Of a DNA stretch of 64,000 bases, positions 39,738 to 48,188 are shown in pieces. The stretch covers positions 32,001 to 96,000 of the forward strand of contig JBPOGF010000008.1 in NCBI GenBank assembly GCA_051251915.1, in the 5' to 3' direction. The translations under genes and the position numbers were made by a program. The notes beneath the pieces are model-generated. The model was given only the letters and a program-made list of their open reading frames with translations, searched no databases and was not told the DNA's origin. This stretch comes from Akkermansiaceae bacterium (GTDB taxonomy: Bacteria > Verrucomicrobiota > Verrucomicrobiia > Verrucomicrobiales > Akkermansiaceae). Positions within the stretch are counted from its first letter, which is position 1. Each line of letters begins with the position of its first letter.

Positions 39738-40529
39738 TTATCCTTTCTTTACTTGCTGGCTCTTTACAAGCTTCAGCTCTATTTCTCTCCTCAGCGCATT
39801 AAATTCTTCCTGCACCTCAGCTCCACCCTTTAAGACTCCCACAGGAAGCCCTCTAGCACTAGCTTTAATAAATATATCCGCCCTCGGTATTTCTGCACCC
39901 ATCACCAAATTTTGTGGCAACACAGATCGCAATCCCTCCCCCGCTTCCACGCTCTCACGCAGATTGCGCTGCACCATAGTCAGCACCACACCTAAAATAT
40001 GTAGCCTCGGATTCAGCAGTCGCACTTTCTTCAGCGCCTCCAGCATCTTTGGCATACTACGTATACCCAATGGCTCAGACTGCTGCGGCACCAACACCGC
40101 ATCCACCTCAACTAAAATATCCTTTGTAATGCCAAATAAACCTGCCGCCGTATCAATAATACAAACATCATAACCCGCCTCTTCCGCATCCGTTAAAAAT
40201 GATTTCACACCTGCTACTGCAGATGAGTCACCCTCATACCCAAAACTCATATCATACTCACTCCCCTGCCCCGCAGGCACTAATGACAATGTCCCCATCC
40301 GAGTAGGCACGATCACGCTCTCAAAACTCGCTCCCGCATCACTCAGATAATCAAAAAAACCTTTCAGCTTTCGCGTTTTCCGCGTCAATGACAACCCCAC
40401 AGACCCCTGCGGATCCGCATCAATGATTAATACCTTTCGCCCAGAACGCGCAAAGGCATATGCCAAATTTATCGAAACCGTGGTTTTTCCCACTCCACCT
40501 TTCTGACTAGAGACTCCTATCGTGATCAC
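39738..40529 (-). CDS. ParA/Soj family ATPase (orphan)
   Basis: Deviant Walker A SQKGGVGKTT, IDADPQG, IIDT, IPR. GTG start at 40529 follows -10 TATACT. Confidence 0.9.
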   Translation of the reverse strand: MITIGVSSQKGGVGKTTVSINLAYAFARSGRKVLIIDADPQGSVGLSLTRKTRKLKGFFDYLSDAGASFESVIVPTRMGTLSLVPAGQGSEYDMSFGYEGDSSAVAGVKSFLTDAEEAGYDVCIIDTAAGLFGITKDILVEVDAVLVPQQSEPLGIRSMPKMLEALKKVRLLNPRLHILGVVLTMVQRNLRESVEAGEGLRSVLPQNLVMGAEIPRADIFIKASARGLPVGVLKGGAEVQEEFNALRREIELKLVKSQQVKKG

Positions 40530-40653
40530 ACCTCTGACAGTATACACCCGCCCCCATCTGAAAAGATAAATTTTCTTCTGAATCAACAATCTTTTCATTT
40601 CTCACACCTCTGAACTTTACACCCATCCCCACCCCACTAATATCCTCATTATC

Positions 40654-42027
40654 ATGTCACTCCGAGAGCTACCTTCAGTCGAGAAACTCGCTAATTCCCT
40701 CAGCAAATCCATCCCCCTTCCTAAACCACTCATCATCGGTTTCATCCGTCGAGAAATTGACACCTACCGACAGAAAATTCTCGCCGGTGAAACCACCACC
40801 AGCAGCGAAATAGAAACATCCATCACTCAAAACCTCACCCACTTCGCAGCCTCCAAACTCCAACCCGTCATCAACGGCACCGGCATCCTCATCCACACCA
40901 ACCTCGGCAGATCACCACTCGGAAAAACCGCCGCAAATGCCCTCCAAAACATCGCCACAGGATACTCCAACCTTGAGTTCAACCTCCCCGAAGGCACACG
41001 AGGTAAACGCGCAGGCTACCTAGAAACCGCTCTCGCATGCCTCCTCGATGCTGAAGCCGCCACCGCTGTAAACAACTGCGCAGCAGCCCTAGTCATCATC
41101 CTTCGCCACCTAGCCAATGGCGAAAAAAACGAAGTCATCGTCTCACGTGGCGAACTCGTAGAAATTGGAGGAGGCTTCCGTATACCAGAAATTTTAGAAA
41201 CATCCGGCGCCAAACTCGTAGAAGTAGGAGCCACAAACAAAACCCACCTCGCAGACTACCAAAAAGCCATCACCCCCAACACAGCCCTCATCCTAAAAGT
41301 CCACCGCTCCAACTTCTATCTAGGAGGATTCACCTCCGAGCCAGAACTCCAAGAACTCGCTGACCTCGCCCACCAACACGGCATCCCTATCGTAGAAGAC
41401 ATCGGCTCAGGCGCCCTCATGAATACTGATGAACTCGCCCCCATAGACCACGAACCCACTCCCCAAGCCGCCCTCAAAAACGGCATCGACCTCGTCTGCT
41501 TCTCTGGCGACAAACTCCTCGGCGGCCCACAATCAGGCATCATAGCCGGCCGTGCAGACCTAGTAGCCGGCATCAAATCCGAGCCATTCTTCCGCGCCGT
41601 CCGCTGTGATAAACTCATCCTCACCGTCCTCCAAGAAAGCATCGATGAATACCTCCGCAGCCAGTCAAACCCCAGCAAGACAGACATCCCCACCCTAAGA
41701 AATCTCGCCGAATCCACTGAAAACCTCCAACTACGCGCAGACCAAATCCTAAGTCAACTAGGCCCCATCACCAAAGCAGACATCACCACCAAAGAATCTA
41801 TGGCCGCCACCGGCGGAGGCACCATGCCCACCTCCCAGATCCCCTCCATCGCACTATCCATCACCCCCACCGGCATCTCACTCAACAAAATCTCCCGCCT
41901 CCTCCGCACCGGCACACCAGCCATCGTAGGCTACACCGATCAAGACAAATTCTGCCTAGACCTCCGCACAATATTCCCCTGGCAAGACCAAGACATCACC
42001 ACCCAGCTCAGCAAAATTTTACTCTAA
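40654..42027 (+). CDS. selA: L-seryl-tRNA(Sec) selenium transferase (selenocysteine synthase)
   Basis: VINGTG.LIHTNLGR, NNCAAA, SRGELVEIGGGFRIP, EVG.TNKTH, KVHRSNF, FSGDKLLGGPQ. Confidence 0.95.
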   Translation: MSLRELPSVEKLANSLSKSIPLPKPLIIGFIRREIDTYRQKILAGETTTSSEIETSITQNLTHFAASKLQPVINGTGILIHTNLGRSPLGKTAANALQNIATGYSNLEFNLPEGTRGKRAGYLETALACLLDAEAATAVNNCAAALVIILRHLANGEKNEVIVSRGELVEIGGGFRIPEILETSGAKLVEVGATNKTHLADYQKAITPNTALILKVHRSNFYLGGFTSEPELQELADLAHQHGIPIVEDIGSGALMNTDELAPIDHEPTPQAALKNGIDLVCFSGDKLLGGPQSGIIAGRADLVAGIKSEPFFRAVRCDKLILTVLQESIDEYLRSQSNPSKTDIPTLRNLAESTENLQLRADQILSQLGPITKADITTKESMAATGGGTMPTSQIPSIALSITPTGISLNKISRLLRTGTPAIVGYTDQDKFCLDLRTIFPWQDQDITTQLSKILL

Positions 42028-42044
42028 AATATCCTTCACTCATC

Positions 42045-43463
42045 ATGAAACTAACCAGCATCCTATTCCTCATCACCGCAAACATACTCCTAGCCACCGA
42101 CAAACCAAACATCGTCCTCATCCTCGCAGACGACCTAGGCAGCGGAGACGTCTCATCCTACAACCCTCAATCTAAACTCAACACCCCAAACATTGACTTC
42201 CTCGTCTCCGAAGGAATCAAATTCACCGACGGTCACAGCAACTCAGCCGTCTGCACCCCCACCCGCTACGGAGTCCTCACCGGCAGATACGCCTGGCGCA
42301 CCCGCCTAAAAAAAGGCGTCCTAAATGGCTACAGCCCCGCACTCATCGCACCAGAAAGAGCCACTATCGCCTCCGAACTAGAGAAAGCCGGCTACGCCAC
42401 CGCATGCATCGGCAAATGGCACCTAGGAATGGACATCGCCAAATCAGGCAAAGGCACCTGGGACTACACCGCCCCCATCAAAAATGGCCCCACCGCGCGC
42501 GGCTTTGACTACTACCTAGGCATCAGCGCCTCACTAGACATGCCACCCTACGCCCTCATAGAAAACGACCGCTTCAAACAAATCCCAGACGGCCAACAAG
42601 AAGCCAACCGCGTAGAACTCACCTTCGTCAGAGCCGGTGATATCAGCTCAGAATTTAAACACGTAGACTACCTCCCCCTAATGACCCAGCAAGCCTGTGA
42701 CTGGATCAAAACAACCGCAAAACAAGAAGCCCCCTACTTCCTCTACATGCCCCTACCCTCACCCCACAAACCAGTATTCCCATCAGCCGAATTTAAAGGG
42801 AAATCTGGTATCGGAGACTACGGCGACTATGTCCTCGAGACAGACTGGTCCGTAGGCCAAGTCATCAAAACCATCAAAGAAACCGGTGAATATGACAACA
42901 CCCTCATCATCTTCACCAGCGACAACGCCTCATTCGCCCTCCCCTCCATCTACCACGTCACCAAAACCGGCCACGCAGTAAACGCCCACTACCGAGGCCA
43001 AAAAACCGACGCCTTCGAAGGAGGACACCGCGTCCCATTCATCATCAGCTGGCCCAGCGAAAACGGCTACGCCAAAAACAAAGGTAAAACCAGCAAGCAA
43101 GTCATCAGCACCGTAGACCTCCTAGCCACCATCAAAAACATCATCCACCCCGAGCAACTCACCCACGCAGACGGAATCAGCTTTCACCCATATCTAAAAG
43201 GTGAATTAAATACCCCCGAAGCCGTCAAACCAGCAACCATCCACCACTCAGTCAACGGCACATTCGCCATCCGCTCCGGCAAATGGAAGCTCATCCTAAG
43301 CAACAAATCCGGCGGCCGTAGCTCCGGTAAAGTAGCCACCAAAGGCCAACTCTACGACATGGAAAATGACCCCAGCGAAACAACCAACCTCTACACCCAA
43401 CATCCCGAAATCATCGAAAACCTCACCAATACACTCACCACCATCAAAGCCCAACAAAACTAA
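42045..43463 (+). CDS. Arylsulfatase (Cys type)
   Basis: PNIVLILADDLG, CTPTRYGVLTG, GKWHLG, SDN, EGGHRVP. Confidence 0.93.
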   Translation: MKLTSILFLITANILLATDKPNIVLILADDLGSGDVSSYNPQSKLNTPNIDFLVSEGIKFTDGHSNSAVCTPTRYGVLTGRYAWRTRLKKGVLNGYSPALIAPERATIASELEKAGYATACIGKWHLGMDIAKSGKGTWDYTAPIKNGPTARGFDYYLGISASLDMPPYALIENDRFKQIPDGQQEANRVELTFVRAGDISSEFKHVDYLPLMTQQACDWIKTTAKQEAPYFLYMPLPSPHKPVFPSAEFKGKSGIGDYGDYVLETDWSVGQVIKTIKETGEYDNTLIIFTSDNASFALPSIYHVTKTGHAVNAHYRGQKTDAFEGGHRVPFIISWPSENGYAKNKGKTSKQVISTVDLLATIKNIIHPEQLTHADGISFHPYLKGELNTPEAVKPATIHHSVNGTFAIRSGKWKLILSNKSGGRSSGKVATKGQLYDMENDPSETTNLYTQHPEIIENLTNTLTTIKAQQN

Positions 43464-43569
43464 CCAACCTTGACACCCTATATATCACACTATCGCGTGC
43501 GCACCACCGTTATACTCAACGAGACAAATTCTCTTGCTAATCCCCAGCCGCGGGTTAAATTTCCAAACC

Positions 43570-44064
43570 ATGAAAACGCTACTCATCGCCACAGCACTCT
43601 GTTCCTCTGCCCTCATTTCTCCAATAATGGCACAGTCAACATCTGCATCCTCAAAACGCGCAACCAATGATGTAGCCCTAGAAGCCCTAAACCACGTCAA
43701 GACCATCTTCGCCACCGCTGCCACTGCCTCTGACCCTGAAAAAGCCACCGCTGCCGCAGCTACCATCAATGCCACTACCTCAAAAATTGTAGCTCTCCAA
43801 ACAGTCCTCAAAGCATCCCCCATGCCCACCGTCCCTGAGAAAAAAGCTTTCGCCCAGAAAATGCTCCAATACGAAGCGCAAGTGTCAACGGTTATGAAAA
43901 AAATGACCAATACTTTCAATACCAACTCAGAAGATGTCAGTAAAATCATCCAACCTGCTATCTCCAGCTTCAAAGCAAAATCCGCAGCCACAATGACACT
44001 CATCAATACCTACTACCCTAGGAAAGAAATGAGCGTCTATATGAACGAACTTAAAGGAAAATAA
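43570..44064 (+). CDS. Secreted helical hypothetical protein
   Basis: Signal peptide MKTLLIATALCSSALISPIMA; followed by a terminator. Confidence 0.7.
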   Translation: MKTLLIATALCSSALISPIMAQSTSASSKRATNDVALEALNHVKTIFATAATASDPEKATAAAATINATTSKIVALQTVLKASPMPTVPEKKAFAQKMLQYEAQVSTVMKKMTNTFNTNSEDVSKIIQPAISSFKAKSAATMTLINTYYPRKEMSVYMNELKGK

Positions 44065-44098
44065 CGAACAAGAACACCTTCTCCCCCATCACCTTCAT

Positions 44099-44138
44099 AT
44101 CTCACCTGCTCAAAATCCGAGCGAGTGAGATTTTTTTT
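44099..44138 (+). terminator. Intrinsic terminator
   Basis: ATCTCAC..GCTC / GAGC..GTGAGAT stem followed by T8. Confidence 0.7.
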
Positions 44139-44184
44139 ACCCTGATACATTGACAACACCCTCTCAAGAACTCAGTTTAGTAAC

Positions 44185-44700
44185 ATGACTTGGAACGATC
44201 AATTTCTCGACCTCTTTCGCAGCTGCCTAGAAAAATTCAACAACGGCAACACTGACTACAACAGCTACTACTCCAAAGAAGACCTCAGCTTCCTGAGCTC
44301 TATTGGCTACAAGCCACGCGAACTCTTCGACTTCGTTGAAGACCTCGGCGGCGAAGGCGTCCCATCAGAATCCACAGCACTACTCGTAGCCGCTGTTAGA
44401 CGCGACTACTTCAACGTAGTCCAAGACCAAAAACACTCAGCTAAAGAAATCGACCGCGACGACCTACCTACCTTTGGCGACACTCTAACAGACATCACCT
44501 ATCTTCCGCGTATCATCACCAAAGCCCGCGCCAAACTCAAAGGCGAGCTAGACCCTGACATCATGTTTGGCTGCGGTGGAGATAGAAAATTCCTCAGAGA
44601 TCATGGAGATATCCCCATGGCTGACTTCCTCAGAAATGTCTGGGCGGCAGGCACCGACGACCTAAAAATCGCCAGCTACGTCAAAAACTACACCGCCTAA
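44185..44700 (+). CDS. DUF5069-like protein
   Basis: YLPRII.KARAKL.GEL..D.MFGCGGDR.FL motif. Confidence 0.65.
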   Translation: MTWNDQFLDLFRSCLEKFNNGNTDYNSYYSKEDLSFLSSIGYKPRELFDFVEDLGGEGVPSESTALLVAAVRRDYFNVVQDQKHSAKEIDRDDLPTFGDTLTDITYLPRIITKARAKLKGELDPDIMFGCGGDRKFLRDHGDIPMADFLRNVWAAGTDDLKIASYVKNYTA

Positions 44701-44754
44701 AAACTTACCCCTAGCCATCGATCACAGCTAACTGATCACCGCTAACCACTCAAA

Positions 44755-45372
44755 ATGAAAGACTATAAAGGAGAACAAATCCTCGTCGTCAAACGCGAGC
44801 TATTTGACTCACTAGGCGCGTTCCAAGGCATCAACACAGATGTCGACAAATACCATTCCGCTCTACTCGACCCATCAAACAACTTCTTCACAGACCGAGC
44901 CACTGCAGAAGACGACCCTACTCATAAGCAACTCATCCCCTACGCCCTCTTCCACTACCAAGGAAAATTCCTTAACTACGCACGGGGCAAATCCGGAGGA
45001 GAAGCTCGCCTACACGCCAAGAGATCCCTAGGCATCGGCGGCCACATCAACCCAGTAGACACACGTGACGACCACCTCGGCATAGAAACCTACATGGCTG
45101 GAGTCGTTCGCGAGATCGAAGAAGAACTAAAAATCAACGGCTCCTACACTCAGAAAATCGTAGCCATTCTCAACGATGACTCTAACGACGTAGGCAAAGT
45201 CCACCTAGGAGTAGTCCACCTCGTCGAGCTAGATTCAGACCAAGTCGCCGCCAATGAAGACGCCATCGCCGACTTAAAATTCAGCTCCATCGCCGAACTC
45301 CAAGGAGAAATGCGAGACTCCCTAGAAACCTGGTCCCAGTTCTGTGCAGACATCCTAGACCAGATCACGTAG
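44755..45372 (+). CDS. Predicted NUDIX-family phosphoesterase
   Basis: AE.DP..KQLIPY, GEARLH...SLGIGGHIN, REIEEEL, VG.VHLG, LETWS. Confidence 0.82.
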   Translation: MKDYKGEQILVVKRELFDSLGAFQGINTDVDKYHSALLDPSNNFFTDRATAEDDPTHKQLIPYALFHYQGKFLNYARGKSGGEARLHAKRSLGIGGHINPVDTRDDHLGIETYMAGVVREIEEELKINGSYTQKIVAILNDDSNDVGKVHLGVVHLVELDSDQVAANEDAIADLKFSSIAELQGEMRDSLETWSQFCADILDQIT

Positions 45373-45445
45373 TGAATCCCTCAACATCTAAGCTAATCAC
45401 GGCTCATTGACAACAACCTGTTTATGCATTATAAGACGGTAATAA

Positions 45446-46237
45446 ATGAATCGTCTTTCACTCACTTTCATCATTCTACTAAGCTGGCTTAGCATCACAA
45501 ATGCTCAGGAAATATTAGCTCGCCCCGTCATCATCGGAGCGAGTGTTTCTGATGGCTATGATCACACTGAGAAACTCGGTGGCCCCAAGTCAGACGCACT
45601 AGCCCTAGATCACTACCTTCAAAAGTGCCTCCAAACCCCAGCCGCCAACTTCGCCAATTTCAGCAACAGATTCTGTTTCATCCACCCACTCGGAATCTCT
45701 CATAAGCAAGTTTCAGACGCCTTGAAAGCCAAACCCAGCGTCATCATTGCTGTCGATCAACTATTCTGGCAACTCTATGGAAATTTCTCCTCCTCTGAGC
45801 AACGTCTTATAACCTTCCAAGCCGCTCTTGAAAAGTTAGACCCCATCACCTGTCCTCTCGTCATCGGCAACATCCCAGACGCCTCGCATTCACTCAACAA
45901 AATGCTAGCGGCCAGCCAAATCCCCAACCTTGAAACCGTAGAAAAGGCCAACCAGCTCCTCACATCATGGGTTAAGAAAAGAAAACAGACCGCCATCATA
46001 GACTTAGCATCATTCATGAAGCTCAGCGTCTCTAACAAGGAAATCAAACTCAAACACATCACCTACCCAGCTGGAACTACCAAACAATTCCTCCAGACAG
46101 ACATGCTCCACCCCACAGAAGTAGGAGCTACAGCCATCAGCTACGCAGTCATAGAATCACTCCAAACCATCTCCGAACTAAAAGATACCAATTTAAAACT
46201 CCCCACCCAAAAGCCTCCCCTCAGCGGAGCCCATTAG
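45446..46237 (+). CDS. Secreted SGNH/GDSL-like hydrolase
   Basis: Signal peptide; IIGASVSDG block I and DMLHP block V; TTGACA-17-TATAAG upstream. Confidence 0.65.
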   Translation: MNRLSLTFIILLSWLSITNAQEILARPVIIGASVSDGYDHTEKLGGPKSDALALDHYLQKCLQTPAANFANFSNRFCFIHPLGISHKQVSDALKAKPSVIIAVDQLFWQLYGNFSSSEQRLITFQAALEKLDPITCPLVIGNIPDASHSLNKMLAASQIPNLETVEKANQLLTSWVKKRKQTAIIDLASFMKLSVSNKEIKLKHITYPAGTTKQFLQTDMLHPTEVGATAISYAVIESLQTISELKDTNLKLPTQKPPLSGAH

Positions 46238-46241
46238 AGAT

Positions 46242-47711
46242 TTAAACCTCCTTATCCATCCACTTCCCCTTATAGTGAACCCAGATAAACACCATCGACT
46301 GGATCACCACATCAAGTGCAAAAACATACCAGATTACTCTCAAATCTGCACCGTAGTAATACACCATTAGCGTAAGCAATCCTACTCTAAAAAGAAACAT
46401 CGTAGAGAAGGAATACAGCATCACCGTGCCAGTAGCCCCCACCCCACGCATCGAGTTCTTCATCACCATAGCCGTCGCAAAAAACGGCTGCGTAAAGGCC
46501 ACTATCATCACCAGAGCCACTGCCGTGTCAGCCTGTGAACCTCCACCCGGACTCATGATTGAAACCAGCCAGCCAGCATTAAAATAAAGCACAATCCCCA
46601 GCAAACTCATCACCACCAAAGCAACTCGCCAACACGCTCTAACAGCCTGCTGAGCCAACTCCTTAGAACCCGCCCCTAAATATTGCCCAGCCAACGTCGC
46701 AGCAGCTGTTCCTAAGGCAAACCCCGGCATATAACTCAGTGACTCTATCTGCACCGCCAGACCATGAGACCCTATCAGCCCCTCATCCTTACTCCCCACC
46801 AGCGCTATCATCCGCAACCCATAAGCGTGGATCGACCACATCCCCAAGATCTCTACCAGCTGAGGCACCCCCACACGGATAATCCGCAAACTAATCGCCC
46901 CATTCCACCGCATCCATTTGCGGTGCAACACTAGCAAACTCTTCTTTGCCTCACGCGGATAAATTTTCCAAAAAATCATCGCCAAACCACCAGCCCAGCC
47001 CACCACAGTTCCTAGAGCAATTCCCTCAATCCCCATCCCAAAGTAGACAGCAAAGAAGTAACTCATGATCCCATTCACCAGATTAACCACCACCATCGCA
47101 TTGAATGGAGTCCAAGTATCACCCGCACCACGCAAACACGCACTCAGCACAAACACAATCCCACTCATCGGAGCCGAGAATACAAGTATCTTTATAAACG
47201 ACAGGAAATAAACCTTAGCCCCAGCATTCAACCCAAAAAAATCAGCTAACATCGGCGCCAACAACCACAACATCAGCCCCGCCATCGCCCCTGTCACCAA
47301 CCCCAAGAAAACAGATTGCCCCACAGCTCGCTCAGCTAGCACATAATCCCGTGCCCCATAAGCCCTAGATACCAGCGCCTGAGCACCCGTCGCTACCGAC
47401 GCCTGCATGATCATCATCAGCCAGCCCATATACATCATAAGCCCCATCATATCGATCACCGCCCCAAGCTCAGATACAGGACTCACATGCCCCGCTATCA
47501 CTCTATCAGCAAACCCCACCAACACACTCATCAGGTTCTGCAACAACGGCCACATAGCCAGTGACATAATCTGTTGATTCAGAGTCAGACCACCCAGCTT
47601 ACCTCCAAGATCAACGGCCACTGGCACATCTACCTCAGTGTTCACTACCTTCACCACTCTTATTTCCCCTCGCACTCGAAAGAAAATGCTAGCCAACAAT
47701 ACATTTGGCAA
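46242..47711 (-). CDS. MATE family efflux transporter
   Basis: About 12 TM segments; LRGAGDT..P, GIEG.ALGT, TLAGQYLGA, MRGVG.T. True start is probably a GTG a little downstream. Confidence 0.9.
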   Translation of the reverse strand: MPNVLLASIFFRVRGEIRVVKVVNTEVDVPVAVDLGGKLGGLTLNQQIMSLAMWPLLQNLMSVLVGFADRVIAGHVSPVSELGAVIDMMGLMMYMGWLMMIMQASVATGAQALVSRAYGARDYVLAERAVGQSVFLGLVTGAMAGLMLWLLAPMLADFFGLNAGAKVYFLSFIKILVFSAPMSGIVFVLSACLRGAGDTWTPFNAMVVVNLVNGIMSYFFAVYFGMGIEGIALGTVVGWAGGLAMIFWKIYPREAKKSLLVLHRKWMRWNGAISLRIIRVGVPQLVEILGMWSIHAYGLRMIALVGSKDEGLIGSHGLAVQIESLSYMPGFALGTAAATLAGQYLGAGSKELAQQAVRACWRVALVVMSLLGIVLYFNAGWLVSIMSPGGGSQADTAVALVMIVAFTQPFFATAMVMKNSMRGVGATGTVMLYSFSTMFLFRVGLLTLMVYYYGADLRVIWYVFALDVVIQSMVFIWVHYKGKWMDKEV

Positions 47712-47752
47712 GCCCTAAGGCCAGGATATGCGCTTAATAGATAATCAACTGA

Positions 47753-48178
47753 CTACTCGGCAGATCCTGTATCAATCATCACCATCTCAGCGAATTTCCC
47801 AATCGACTTATCACACAGCCAAATCTCATCCAACGCCTTAAACAAAATCTCAGCATGATCCGTATCAATAATATCATCTCGCTCTAACAGCTCAGAAGCC
47901 TCCACATCTCCCCAGTCATTATCCGCCGGATTAATCACCGTGAAGGCGTGATGCTCAAAGTCAAACACCACGCTCGCGTACTTCTCAAACGCCTCAATAT
48001 AAACCAAAAACGCAACCCCATGATCACCCTTCCCATCAGTCCAGCGCGCCACATATTCCATATCTGGCATTTCCTCTTCATCTTCCAGATAAACAAATCC
48101 AGAGGAATAAATAGTCTTAAACCCACAACACTCGCAAGCGATGTCAGTGATTTCTTCGAGTTGTTCTTCTACAGGCAT
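47753..48178 (-). CDS. Acidic hypothetical protein with N-terminal CECCG motif
   Basis: 141-aa ORF lying between the ABC and MATE genes on the same strand. Confidence 0.7.
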   Translation of the reverse strand: MPVEEQLEEITDIACECCGFKTIYSSGFVYLEDEEEMPDMEYVARWTDGKGDHGVAFLVYIEAFEKYASVVFDFEHHAFTVINPADNDWGDVEASELLERDDIIDTDHAEILFKALDEIWLCDKSIGKFAEMVMIDTGSAE

Positions 48179-48188
48179 AATCGTTAAT

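Noticed and set aside
43485..44006. 173-aa minus-strand ORF
   Set aside because: Antisense to 43570-44064, which has a signal peptide and a terminator.
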